Positions 27,359 through 36,329 of a stretch of 56,131 nucleotides of DNA are shown in pieces (the first letter of the stretch is position 1; each line of letters starts with the position of its first letter). This DNA is from Gaiellales bacterium (lineage in GTDB: Bacteria > Actinomycetota > Thermoleophilia > Gaiellales > F1-60-MAGs149). The translations under genes and the position numbers were made by a program. Below the pieces are notes generated by a model. The model did not search any database. It was not told where the DNA came from and saw only the letters and a list, made by a program, of their open reading frames with translations. The stretch spans positions 1 to 56,131 of the forward strand of contig JBBQFB010000002.1 in the NCBI GenBank assembly GCA_038321545.1, in the 5' to 3' direction.

Positions 27359-29089
27359 GTGCTCCATCCGTTCACCCTGCAGTTCGTCCAGCGAGGGCTG
27401 GTCGAGATCGCCCTGCTCGCCGTGGCCTCCGGCATCGTCGGCACCTGGGTGGTGCTGCGCGGACTGTCGTTCTACGCCCACGCGGTCGGCACCGCGGCGT
27501 TTCCCGGGCTGGTGCTCGCAGCCGGGCTCGGCTTCGCGCCGGCGCTGGGCGCGTTCGGCGTTGCCGTGCTGTTCGCCGGGTCGCTCGAGGCCCTGCGCCG
27601 CCGTCGCGCGGGTGGCACCGACTCCCTGACCGCGATCGTCCTCGTCGGCGCGCTGGCGGCGGGCGTGCTGCTGGCGAGCGATGTCTTCCACTCCGCCGCG
27701 TCCGTCGACTCGCTGCTGTTCGGCAGCCTGCTGCTGATCGACAACGGCGATGTCCTGCTGGCCCTGATCACGCTCGTCGTCGTGGTGGTCGCCGCATCGG
27801 TGGCCGGCCGTGCGTGGCTCGCCGCCGGGTTCGACGAGGGAGCGGCGCGGTCGATCGGCCTGCGATCGCGCGTGCCCGACGCGCTCCTGTACGGCGCCAT
27901 CGCCCTCACCTCGGTGGCCGCGCTCGCGGCGGTCGGCGCGCTGCTGACGACCTCGCTGCTGCTGGTTCCCGCTGCGACCACGCGCCTCCTCGTGCAGCGT
28001 CTGGCGCCGTGGCAGCGGTGGACGATGCTGCTCGCGGCCGCCGAGGGCGTCGCCGGGATGTGGCTGGCGGTCGAGTTCAACGTCCCGCCCGGGGCTGCGA
28101 TCGCCGTGCTCGCCGGAGGCGTGTTCGCGGTCGTCGCCTCGGTGCGGGCGCGCGTCGCGGCGGTCGTGATCGCCGGGGCGGTCGCGCTCGCGGCGTGCGG
28201 CGCCTCGGCGCCGGCCGGAACGCCCGCGGCGCCGTCGGTGGTGGCGACCACCACCGTGATCGCCGACTGGACGCGCGCCGTGGGCGGCGACCGCGCCACC
28301 GTGTACCAGGTGCTGCGCCCGAACACGGATCCGCACGAGTACGAGCCGCGCCCCTCCGACGTGCAGCAGACGGCGGACGCGAAAGTGGTGTTCCTGAGCG
28401 GCGACGGCCTCGACCACTGGATGGGCGACGTCCTATCGCAGGCCGACGGAGCCGCCCCGGTGGTCGACCTCTCGCAGGGCCTGCCGCAGCGGTTGCCGGG
28501 CGAGGACTCGGGCCACGGGGCGTCGGCGTTCGACCCCCACTGGTGGCACGACCCGCGCAACGCGCGCCACGCGGTGGATGCGATCCGCGTCGCGCTGGCG
28601 GCCGCCAACCCGTCCGCCGCCGCGACCTACCGCGCGAACGCCGACGCCTACCTCGTGAAGCTCGACGCTGCCGACCGCGCCGTCGCCACCTGTCTCGATC
28701 GCGTGCCGGTGGCGCAGCGCAAGCTGGTCTCCGACCACGATGCCTTCGGCTACTTCGCCGCCCGCTACGGCGTGCACGTGATCGGTGCCGTGATCCCGTC
28801 GCAGTCCACCCAGGCCCAGCCGTCGGCGGGCGACCTCGCCGACCTGGCCGCGACCGTCCGCTCGACGGGCGTGAAGGCGATCTTCCCGGAGGAGTCGCTG
28901 TCGCCCGGCCTCGCGCGGCAGATCGCGCGGGAGACGGGTGCGCGCGCCGATCTGACGCTGTACGGCGACGGCCTTGGCGCGGAGGGCTCGCCCGGTGGGA
29001 CGTACCTCGGCATGCTGCTCGCGAACGCGGACGCGATGGCCGACGGGTTCAGCGGCGGCACCGTCCGCTGCACGGCGGCGGCTTCATGA
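27359..29089 (+). CDS. fusion of an ABC-3 metal permease (ZnuB/TroC-like) and a cluster A-I metal substrate-binding protein (ZnuA/TroA-like)
   Basis: One uninterrupted 576-aa frame. Residues 1 to about 260 are polytopic permease (...VGTAAFPGLVLA...). A lipoprotein-like segment follows (VIAGAVALAACGAS), then the SBP (...LRPNTDPHEYEPRPSD...DPHWWHDP...SDHDAFGYFA...). An in-frame GTG at 28142 could also start a separate SBP. Confidence 0.8.
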   Translation: MLHPFTLQFVQRGLVEIALLAVASGIVGTWVVLRGLSFYAHAVGTAAFPGLVLAAGLGFAPALGAFGVAVLFAGSLEALRRRRAGGTDSLTAIVLVGALAAGVLLASDVFHSAASVDSLLFGSLLLIDNGDVLLALITLVVVVVAASVAGRAWLAAGFDEGAARSIGLRSRVPDALLYGAIALTSVAALAAVGALLTTSLLLVPAATTRLLVQRLAPWQRWTMLLAAAEGVAGMWLAVEFNVPPGAAIAVLAGGVFAVVASVRARVAAVVIAGAVALAACGASAPAGTPAAPSVVATTTVIADWTRAVGGDRATVYQVLRPNTDPHEYEPRPSDVQQTADAKVVFLSGDGLDHWMGDVLSQADGAAPVVDLSQGLPQRLPGEDSGHGASAFDPHWWHDPRNARHAVDAIRVALAAANPSAAATYRANADAYLVKLDAADRAVATCLDRVPVAQRKLVSDHDAFGYFAARYGVHVIGAVIPSQSTQAQPSAGDLADLAATVRSTGVKAIFPEESLSPGLARQIARETGARADLTLYGDGLGAEGSPGGTYLGMLLANADAMADGFSGGTVRCTAAAS

Positions 29090-29847
29090 GCGACGCCGCG
29101 CTGATCGTCGCGAACGACCTCGCCCTCGGCTACGGCGGGCGGCCGGTGCTGCGCGGGCTGACCTTCACCGTGCGGGCCGGCCAGCGGATCGGTGTGCTGG
29201 GACCGAACGGCGGCGGTAAGTCGACGCTGTTCCGGGCGGTGCTCGGCCAGCTCGACCCGCTGGCCGGGACGCTCGTCGTCAGCGATCGCGTGGGCGTGCT
29301 GCCGCAGACCGAACGGTCGCGGCTCGACTACCCGGTGAGCGCGCTCGATGTCGCCGTGATGGGAACGCTGTCGCGGCTGCCGTGGTGGCGTCCGCCGGGC
29401 CGTGCCGAGCGTCGCGCCGCGCTCGCGGCACTGAGACGCGTCGGCCTCGAGGACCGCGCGGGCGACCGGTTCGGCGAGCTGTCCGGCGGCCAGCGCCAGC
29501 GCGTGCTGCTGGCGCGCGCGCTGGTGCAGCAGGCGCGCCTGCTGCTGCTGGACGAGCCGTTCAGCGGCATGGACGCACCGAGCGCGGCGCGCACGCTGGA
29601 GCTGATCGACGAGCTGGCCGCCGATGGCCACGCCCTGCTGATCGCCACCCACGACGTCGACCAGGCACGGGCCTGGGATCGGGTGCTGTGCCTGAACCAC
29701 CACCAGGTGGCCTTCGGCGCGCCCGACGCGGTGCTGACCCGGGACGTGGTGGAGGAGACCTACGGCGGCCACATCGTCGAGGTGCCGGGCGGCAGCCGCG
29801 GGATCCTGCCGGCCCACCACCACGACCACGGGCACGACCATGACTGA
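29086..29847 (+). CDS. metal ABC transporter ATP-binding protein with a His-rich C-terminal tail
   Basis: 253 aa from ATG 29086 (ATGA overlap): GPNGGGKST, LSGGQRQR, LLLLDEP. It ends ...PAHHHDHGHDHD. Confidence 0.9.
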   Translation: MSDAALIVANDLALGYGGRPVLRGLTFTVRAGQRIGVLGPNGGGKSTLFRAVLGQLDPLAGTLVVSDRVGVLPQTERSRLDYPVSALDVAVMGTLSRLPWWRPPGRAERRAALAALRRVGLEDRAGDRFGELSGGQRQRVLLARALVQQARLLLLDEPFSGMDAPSAARTLELIDELAADGHALLIATHDVDQARAWDRVLCLNHHQVAFGAPDAVLTRDVVEETYGGHIVEVPGGSRGILPAHHHDHGHDHD

Positions 29848-30664
29848 GGCGCTGGCCCCGTTCCACGAGGGGTTCGTGCGGCTCGCCCTGGCCGAGCTGG
29901 CCCTGGTCGGGATCGCGGCCGCCGGCGTCGGCTGCTGGATCGTCCTGCATGGCCTGTCGTACGCCGCGGAGAGCCTGTCGCACGCGATCTTCCCCGGGCT
30001 CGTGGCCGCCGGCCTGCTCGGCATCCCGCTCGTGCTCGGTGGCGCCGGCGGCGCGCTGGTGGCGGCGGCCGCGATCGCGGCCGTCGGGTCAATCCGCGGC
30101 ATCGACCGCGATACGGGGACCGCGGTGGTCGTGACGACGGCGTTCGGTGCCGGCGTGCTCCTCGCCCTGTCGCCCGCGACGCCACGCGGGCTGAACGCCC
30201 TCCTGTTCGGTGACGCGCTGGCCGTCGAGCCGCAGGACCTCGTCGTCACGGCGCTGGTCGTCGCGCTGCTGCTGGTGGTGCTCGTCGGGCTCCACCACCG
30301 GCTGCTCGCAGTCGGCTTCGACCGCGGCGCGGCCGGCCTGATCGGCGCCCGGCCGCGGGTCACCGAGATCGCGCTGCTGGTCTGCATCGCCGCCGCGGTG
30401 GTGGTCGGCACGCAGGCGCTCGGCTCGCTGCTGGTGGTCGCGATCCTCGTCGCGCCGGCTGCAACCGCCCGGCTCGTGGCGCGCCGGCTGCCAACCATGT
30501 TCGCCGTCGCGGCCGCCGTCGCGCTGACCGCGAGCGTGGCCGGAATCGAGCTGTCGTACCACGCGGGCCTGGCTGCCGGCGCGTCGATCGCGCTGTGCCT
30601 GGTCGGTGCCTACCTGGTGGCGGTCGCGCTAGGCCCGCGCGCAGTCGGGGCACGCGCCGCGTAG
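29840..30664 (+). CDS. ABC-3 family metal permease (second permease, ZnuB/TroD-like)
   Basis: 274 aa: ...AESLSHAIFPGLVAA.... 8-nt overlap with the ATPase gene. Confidence 0.87.
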   Translation: MTEALAPFHEGFVRLALAELALVGIAAAGVGCWIVLHGLSYAAESLSHAIFPGLVAAGLLGIPLVLGGAGGALVAAAAIAAVGSIRGIDRDTGTAVVVTTAFGAGVLLALSPATPRGLNALLFGDALAVEPQDLVVTALVVALLLVVLVGLHHRLLAVGFDRGAAGLIGARPRVTEIALLVCIAAAVVVGTQALGSLLVVAILVAPAATARLVARRLPTMFAVAAAVALTASVAGIELSYHAGLAAGASIALCLVGAYLVAVALGPRAVGARAA

Positions 30665-31078
30665 CACCACGTCGTGCGCGCCCACGACGTAGTCGAGCCG
30701 GGCTGCGGCCCGCTCGATCGCGTCTTCCAGCTCGGGATCCTCGAACTGCGTGACCTTCCCGCACCGATCGCAGACCAGGTGGTGGTGGTGCTCGCCGCTC
30801 GGGTGCGCCGCCTCGTACCGGGCCGTGCCGTGGCCCATCTCGAGCCGGCGGACGAGGCCGAGGCGGACGAGGAGCTCGAGCGCGCGGTAGATGCTCGCGG
30901 TGCCGACGCGGCTGCCGTCGCGGTGCAGGTCGTCGGCGAGGTCCTGGGCCGTCGCGCAGCAGTCGCGGCCGGCCAGCGCGTCGAGCACCTGCTCGCGCGC
31001 GGCCGCCGAGCGGTGCCCCGTCTGCCGGAGCACGTCGCCGGCATGCGTGCGCCAGGCGGTTGTGTCGGTCGTGGCCAC
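30629..31078 (-). CDS. zur: Fur-family metalloregulator (Zur-like by context)
   Basis: 149 aa from GTG (31076-31078) within ORF 30629..32455(-): winged helix (...TASIYRALELLVRLGLV...), HHHHLVCDRCGKV and CPDC zinc-site motifs. The 3' end overlaps the convergent permease gene by 36 nt. Confidence 0.83.
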   Translation of the reverse strand: MATTDTTAWRTHAGDVLRQTGHRSAAAREQVLDALAGRDCCATAQDLADDLHRDGSRVGTASIYRALELLVRLGLVRRLEMGHGTARYEAAHPSGEHHHHLVCDRCGKVTQFEDPELEDAIERAAARLDYVVGAHDVVLRGACPDCARA

Positions 31079-31088
31079 GTGCCGAATG

Positions 31089-31101
31089 GTATCGGCGATA
31101 C
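31089..31101. promoter_or_regulatory. 13-bp palindrome GTATCGGCGATAC in the zur / GS-like divergent intergenic region
   Basis: Perfect palindrome around a central G. On the minus strand it overlaps TACCAT (TANNNT), which lies 7 nt upstream of the zur GTG. Confidence 0.35.
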
Positions 31102-31135
31102 GCCAGATCGATCGACCTCGCCTACGCTGCCGCCC

Positions 31136-32452
31136 ATGTCCAGCGAGGAACTCACGATGATCGCCTACTGCGATCTGGCCGGGCTCGTGCGCGGCCGCTC
31201 GGTGCCGGCGGCCACGTTCGACGACCGGATCCGGTCCGGCGTCGGCTGGGTGCCGGCGAACCAGGCGATCTGCTGCTTCGGCCCGCTCGCAGAGCCGAAC
31301 CCGTGGGGATCCGTCGGCGATCGCCGGTTGCTGCCCGACCCGGCCACGCGCGTGCAGGTCGACCTGTGGGAGGGCGTCAGCCCGCTCGACTTCGTCCTGT
31401 CCGACGCCGTGCACACCGACGGTGCGCCGTGGGATGCGTGTCCGCGCACGTTCCTGCGCCACGCGCTCGACGATCTGCGTGCCGAGACCGGCCTGCGGCT
31501 GATGGCGTCGTTCGAGCACGAGTTCGTCCTCGATGCCCGCGACGGCCCGATCGAAGGACCCTTCACGCTCGCCGCCCAGCGGGTCGCCGAGCCGTTCGCC
31601 GGCGACGTGATGGCGGCGCTCCGGCAGGCCGGCGCCGACCCCGAGATGATCCTCCCCGAGTACGGCCCGAATCAGTGGGAGGTGCTCGTCAGGCCGACCG
31701 AGGGCATCGGAGCGGCCGACCGCGCGGCAGTGGTCAAGGAGGTCGTTCGCGAGGTTGCACGGCGGCTCGGGCGGCGTGCCTCGTTCTCGCCGCTGCCCGA
31801 CCCGGACGGCATCGGCAACGGCGTGCACGTGCACATCAGCCTGCTCGACGACGAGGGGCGAAACGCGCTCTACGACGCTGTCCAGCCGGGCGCCCTGTCG
31901 CAGCTCGGCGGGGCGTTCGCGGCAGGCATGCTGCGCCACCTGCCGGCACTGCTGGCGTTCACGGCGCCCAGCGCCATCTCCTACCTGCGGCTCACGCCGC
32001 ACCGCTGGAGCGCCGGCACCGGCGCTCTCGGCTACCGGAACCGGGAGTGCGCGGTGCGCATCTGCCCGGTCGCCGAGCTGGCCGGGGGTGACCTGTCGCG
32101 CCAGTTCAACATCGAGTCTCGCGCGATGGACGGCACCGCGTCGCCCCACCTGGCGCTCGCGCTGCTGGTGCGCGCCGGCCTGGCCGGCATCCGTGGCAAG
32201 CTGGAGACGCCGCTGCTGCTCGACCGCGACCCCAACGAGCTCTCCGCCGGCGAGCTGGCCGCGTTCGGCGCACGCCCGCTCCCGGCCGACCTGGAGTCGG
32301 CGCTGGCCGCCGTCGAGGAGGACGCGTTCCTGCGCGGCTGGCTGCCCGACGACCTGTGGGACTGCTACCGCTCGCTCAAGGCGACGGAGCTCGCCGAGGT
32401 GCGCGACCTGACGCCGGCCGAGGCCTGCGCGCGGTACGCCGAGGTGATCTAG
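31136..32452 (+). CDS. glutamine synthetase-family ligase (GS-like; gamma-glutamyl-amine synthetase candidate)
   Basis: 438 aa from ATG 31136 within ORF 30674..32452(+): GS beta-grasp plus catalytic-domain pattern (...SFEHEFVL..., ...NGVHVHISL..., ...RFRICP-like NRECAVRICP...). TACGCT at 31123-31128 lies 7 nt before the ATG. Confidence 0.78.
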   Translation: MSSEELTMIAYCDLAGLVRGRSVPAATFDDRIRSGVGWVPANQAICCFGPLAEPNPWGSVGDRRLLPDPATRVQVDLWEGVSPLDFVLSDAVHTDGAPWDACPRTFLRHALDDLRAETGLRLMASFEHEFVLDARDGPIEGPFTLAAQRVAEPFAGDVMAALRQAGADPEMILPEYGPNQWEVLVRPTEGIGAADRAAVVKEVVREVARRLGRRASFSPLPDPDGIGNGVHVHISLLDDEGRNALYDAVQPGALSQLGGAFAAGMLRHLPALLAFTAPSAISYLRLTPHRWSAGTGALGYRNRECAVRICPVAELAGGDLSRQFNIESRAMDGTASPHLALALLVRAGLAGIRGKLETPLLLDRDPNELSAGELAAFGARPLPADLESALAAVEEDAFLRGWLPDDLWDCYRSLKATELAEVRDLTPAEACARYAEVI

Positions 32453-32533
32453 CAACGATCACGCGGCGCCGGCGGCGAGGCCGGCGACGGTCGAGACCGG
32501 CACGGGTGGATCGGACGGCGCCGTCGTGCGACG

Positions 32534-33469
32534 ATGCCGCGCATGGCCGAGCATGTCTTCGATCCAGACGTCTACCACCACGTATGGGATCGCGAGATCC
32601 CCAGCGCCCTCACGGTTGAGCCGGGGGACGTCGTCCACTTCGATCTGCTGATGGCCGGGGAGCGCCAGATCGCCGCCGGCTACACGTATGCCGACTGCGC
32701 GTTCGACTTCGACACGCTCTACAACCTGGCTGGCCCGATCGACGTCGCGGGCGCTGAGGTGGGCGATCAGATCGAGGTCGAGATCCTGTCGCTCGAGACC
32801 GGCCCGTACGGCTGGTGCGCGCTCCTCGAGGGCGCCGGACTCTTGCCCGACGACTTCACCGAGCCGTACGTGCACCACTTCGATCTGACCGGCGGCTCGA
32901 CCACGACGCTATGTCCCGGTGTCGAGATCCCGATCGTCCCGTTCTGCGGCACTATGGGCACGGCACCCAACCGGCCGGGCCAGTTCGCACCCTTCCCGCC
33001 GCACGAGGGTGGCGGCAACATCGACACGCGGCACCTGATCGTCGGCACGAAGCTCTACCTGCCGGTACACGTGCCCGGCGGCAAGTTCTCGTTCGGCGAC
33101 CCGCACGCCGCGCAGGGCGACGGCGAGGTGTGCGTCGCCGCCATCGAGTGCGGCATGAAGGCGACGCTGCGGTTCGGGCTCGTCAAGGGCCGTTCGACGC
33201 CGCCGTGGTTCGTGACGCCGCCCGGTTCGCTGACGCCGCGCAGCGACGTCGCCGGCTACTACGGCACCACCGGCATCGCGCCCGACCTGATGGAGGGCGC
33301 GCGGATGGCGGTGCGCCAGATGATCGAGCTGCTCGGTCACGAGCACGGCCTCGAGCCGCGGATGGCGTACATGCTCTGCAGCCTGGCCGGCGACCTGAAG
33401 ATCTACGAGATCGTCGACATGGGCATGTGGAACGTCGGCATGTGCCTGCCGCGCGTCGTGTTCACCTGA
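32534..33469 (+). CDS. acetamidase/formamidase family amidohydrolase (FmdA/AmdA)
   Basis: 311 aa: ...LTVEPGDVV...LAGPIDVAGAEVGDQIEVEI..., GGNID, DPHAAQGDGEV. Confidence 0.85.
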   Translation: MPRMAEHVFDPDVYHHVWDREIPSALTVEPGDVVHFDLLMAGERQIAAGYTYADCAFDFDTLYNLAGPIDVAGAEVGDQIEVEILSLETGPYGWCALLEGAGLLPDDFTEPYVHHFDLTGGSTTTLCPGVEIPIVPFCGTMGTAPNRPGQFAPFPPHEGGGNIDTRHLIVGTKLYLPVHVPGGKFSFGDPHAAQGDGEVCVAAIECGMKATLRFGLVKGRSTPPWFVTPPGSLTPRSDVAGYYGTTGIAPDLMEGARMAVRQMIELLGHEHGLEPRMAYMLCSLAGDLKIYEIVDMGMWNVGMCLPRVVFT

Positions 33470-34647
33470 TGTTCCTCGACCTTCTGCGCAGGCGGAACCC
33501 GGCGTTCGTCGAGGCGGTGTTCGCGTTGCACCAGGCCGGTCAGATCCCGGCCGGCGCATACGTGCTCGACCTCGACGCGATCGAGGCGAACGCGCGCGCC
33601 CTGCAGACCGAGGCCGATCGGCTCGGGCTCGAGATGTTCGCGATGACGAAGCAGGTCGGCCGCAACCCGGAGCTGATCGACGCCGTGGGGCGGGGCGGCA
33701 TCGACCGCTTCGTCGCCGTCGACATGGCGTGTGCCCGGGCCGTGGTCGCCGCCGGAGCGCGCGTCGGCCATCTCGGCCACCTCGTGCAGGTGCCGTTCGC
33801 CGAGGCTGACCGCGCGGCATCCTACGCGCCCGACGTGTGGACGGTGTTCACGCACGACAAGGCCCGTGAGGCCGCCGCCGCCTCGGCGCGTGCGGGTCGC
33901 ACACAGGGCCTGCTGGCGCGCATCGCCGCGGACGGCGACACGTTCTACCGCAACCAGGAGGGCGGCTTCGACGCTGCCGACATCGTCGAGGTCGCGACCG
34001 CGTTCGAGCAGCTCGAGGGCGCTCGCTTCGCCGGCATCACCACGTTCCCGGCGCTGCTGTACGACGCCACGTCGCGCGACGTGCGGCCGACGCCGAACCT
34101 GGGCACGCTGGAGCGCGCGGCCGAGCGCCTGCGCGACGCGGGGTTCACGCCGGCGATCAACGCGCCGGGCACGACGTCGACCGAGCTCCTGCAGCTGCTC
34201 GCCGACCACGGCGCGACGCAGGTCGAGCCCGGCCACGGGCTCACCGGCACCACCGCTCTGCACCTCGTACGCGACCTGCCCGAGGTGCCGGCGATCGCCT
34301 ACGTGAGCGAGGTCGCGCACCACCACGGCGGCGAGGCCTACGTGTTCGGCAACGGCTTCTACATCGACCCGATCTTCCCCGACTACCCGGTGCAGGCCCT
34401 GGTCGGCCGCGAGGCCGCCTCGGCCACACAGGTCGCTGCCGAGCTGGTGCCGGCGACCATGATCGACTACCACGCGATGCTCGACCAGCCCCGTCCGCTC
34501 GAGACCGGAGAGACCGCCCTGTTCGGATTCCGCGCCCAGATCTTCGTGACCCGGGCGCTCGTCGCGCCCATTTCCGGCGTCGCCTCGGGTTCGCCCAGAT
34601 GCGACGGCGTCTACGCCAGCGACGGACATCCGATCTCGTGGCCGTGA
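33469..34647 (+). CDS. fold type III PLP enzyme, YhfX-like putative amino-acid racemase
   Basis: 392 aa from ATG 33469 (TGATG overlap) within ORF 32815..34647(+): ...FAMTKQVGRNPELI... (lysine in an alanine-racemase-N-like barrel), then a C-terminal beta domain. Confidence 0.68.
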   Translation: MFLDLLRRRNPAFVEAVFALHQAGQIPAGAYVLDLDAIEANARALQTEADRLGLEMFAMTKQVGRNPELIDAVGRGGIDRFVAVDMACARAVVAAGARVGHLGHLVQVPFAEADRAASYAPDVWTVFTHDKAREAAAASARAGRTQGLLARIAADGDTFYRNQEGGFDAADIVEVATAFEQLEGARFAGITTFPALLYDATSRDVRPTPNLGTLERAAERLRDAGFTPAINAPGTTSTELLQLLADHGATQVEPGHGLTGTTALHLVRDLPEVPAIAYVSEVAHHHGGEAYVFGNGFYIDPIFPDYPVQALVGREAASATQVAAELVPATMIDYHAMLDQPRPLETGETALFGFRAQIFVTRALVAPISGVASGSPRCDGVYASDGHPISWP

Positions 34648-35774
34648 CGGGCGAGGGCCCGTTCTCCGGCTACCTGCCGGTGCGGATCCGGTTCGGCGAC
34701 GGCGTCGCCGACGAGCTCCCGCAGATTCTGGCCGACGCCGGGCTGACGAAGCCGTTCGTGGTGCTCGACCCGAACGTCCCCGATCCGCCCGTGCCGGCGG
34801 GAGCGACCGTGTACGAGATCGCGCGGCAGGAGCCGACCTGCGAGAGCGTTGAGGCGTGCGGTGAGGCGCTGAGGGATTCGGGCTGTGACGTGGTCGTCGC
34901 GATCGGCGGCGGCTCGGCGCTCGATACCGCCAAGGGCGCGCGGATCGTGGCGGCCTTCGGCGCGCCGATCAGGCGCTTCTGCTGGCCGGGCGAGCACGTC
35001 GAGCCGATCCCGCCGAGCCCGTACCGCCTGGTCACGATGCCGACCACGTCGGGCACGGGCTCGGAGGTCACCGGCGGCGCCGTCATGTACCACGAGGGCC
35101 ACAAGATCTCCGGCGCGCACCCGAACAACCGTGCCGACTGGGCGTTGGTCGATCCGCTGCTCACGCACGCGCTGCCGCCGCTGCCGACGCTGTACACGGC
35201 GGCCGACGCGCTCGCGCAGGCGCTGGCGGCCGTGGTGGTCGCGGCCCGGACGCCGATCGGCGACGCTGTCGGACTGGAGGCGACGCGCATCTCCGGCCTC
35301 GCGATGCGTGCCGTCGTGCGGCAGCCCGATGCGGCCTCGCGCAACCTGATGGCGCTCGGCTCGATGATGGCCGGGCTCGCGATGAACATCTCGGAGGCCG
35401 GCACCGAGCACGCGCTCGGCGAGCCGCTCGGGACGCTCTACCACCTGCCGCACGGCCTCACGATCGGCCTGGTGCTGGCCGAGTCGATGGACGTCGACCG
35501 GCGCCATGTCCCGGAGCGGTTCGAGCGTATCGCCGACGCGCTGGGAGCGCCGGCCGACGGCACGCGCGACGGCTCGCGGGCGGTGCGGGCCGTGCGGGAG
35601 ATCCTGGCCGAGACGGGCTTCCCGACGATGCGCGAGTCGGGTGTCCGCGACGAGGACGTCGAGCAGCTGGCGGTCCGGTGCCGCGAGGCATGGATCCCGG
35701 TCGAGCCAGGCCCGTGGACGCATGAGGACATCGTCGGCGCCTACCGGGCGGGCCTCGCCATCGAGCGTCGCTAG
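34644..35774 (+). CDS. iron-containing (group III) alcohol dehydrogenase
   Basis: 376 aa from GTG 34644 (GTGA overlap) within ORF 34599..35774(+): GGGSALDTAK, PTTSGTGSE, and a His cluster (...EHALGEPLG...HG...). Confidence 0.85.
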   Translation: MTGEGPFSGYLPVRIRFGDGVADELPQILADAGLTKPFVVLDPNVPDPPVPAGATVYEIARQEPTCESVEACGEALRDSGCDVVVAIGGGSALDTAKGARIVAAFGAPIRRFCWPGEHVEPIPPSPYRLVTMPTTSGTGSEVTGGAVMYHEGHKISGAHPNNRADWALVDPLLTHALPPLPTLYTAADALAQALAAVVVAARTPIGDAVGLEATRISGLAMRAVVRQPDAASRNLMALGSMMAGLAMNISEAGTEHALGEPLGTLYHLPHGLTIGLVLAESMDVDRRHVPERFERIADALGAPADGTRDGSRAVRAVREILAETGFPTMRESGVRDEDVEQLAVRCREAWIPVEPGPWTHEDIVGAYRAGLAIERR

Positions 35775-35832
35775 GGCGCTCGAAGAAGGTCGCCCGCCTC
35801 GAGTGCGCGCGACGTCTGCCGTAGGTCGGGGC

Positions 35833-35982
35833 GCGCCGGGCGGGGCTGCGGTTGGTGCCGCGGATGTTGGATGGGGTCGACGGCTTGCGATGGGTCGGGT
35901 TTGCGCTGCTGCCCGGGGCGTGCGCCAGGCCGGGCATGTCTGCGGTAGGTCGGACGAGCGGCCGGGTCGGATTGCAGACGCA
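35833..35982. repeat. direct repeat, copy A, in a 603-bp non-coding island
   Basis: Blocks shared with copy B: GCGCCGGGCG, GTTGGTGCCGCGGATGTTGGATG (35851-35873), GGCTTGCGATGGGTCG (35882-35897), GTCTGCGGTAGGTCGGACGAGCGGCC (35938-), GCAGACGC (35974-). Confidence 0.8.
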
Positions 35983-36145
35983 AGGCGTGCGCGGGTGCAG
36001 CGGCGGCGGTGTGCAGCTTTCGTCGGTTGCCGTGAAGAGCCGCATGCGCGGAGGCGACAGGGGGACGTCTCAAGTGCCAGGTGGTGACCTCATCCGGATC
36101 CGGGGCGTGGCGGATCGCAGCCTTCGGGCTGAGCTGCTTCGGGCG

Positions 36146-36329
36146 GCGCCGGGCGAGTCTGCGTTTGGTGCCGCGGATTTTGGATGAGGTATTGGGTGCT
36201 GGGAGGAGCGCTGGTGAGGCGTTCGCCGGCTTGCGATGGGTCGCCTCTGCGCCGCAGCCCGGGGCGGGGCGCCGGGCCGGCTGTGTCTGCCGTAGGGCGA
36301 ACGAGCAGCCGCCTCCGATCGCAGACGCC
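36146..36329. repeat. direct repeat, copy B
   Basis: TTTGGTGCCGCGGATTTTGGATG (36164-36186), GGCTTGCGATGGGTCG (36228-36243), GTCTGCCGTAGGGCGAACGAGCAGCC (36285-), GCAGACGC (36321-). The offset to copy A is 313 nt, then 346-347 nt after an insertion of about 34 nt. Confidence 0.8.
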
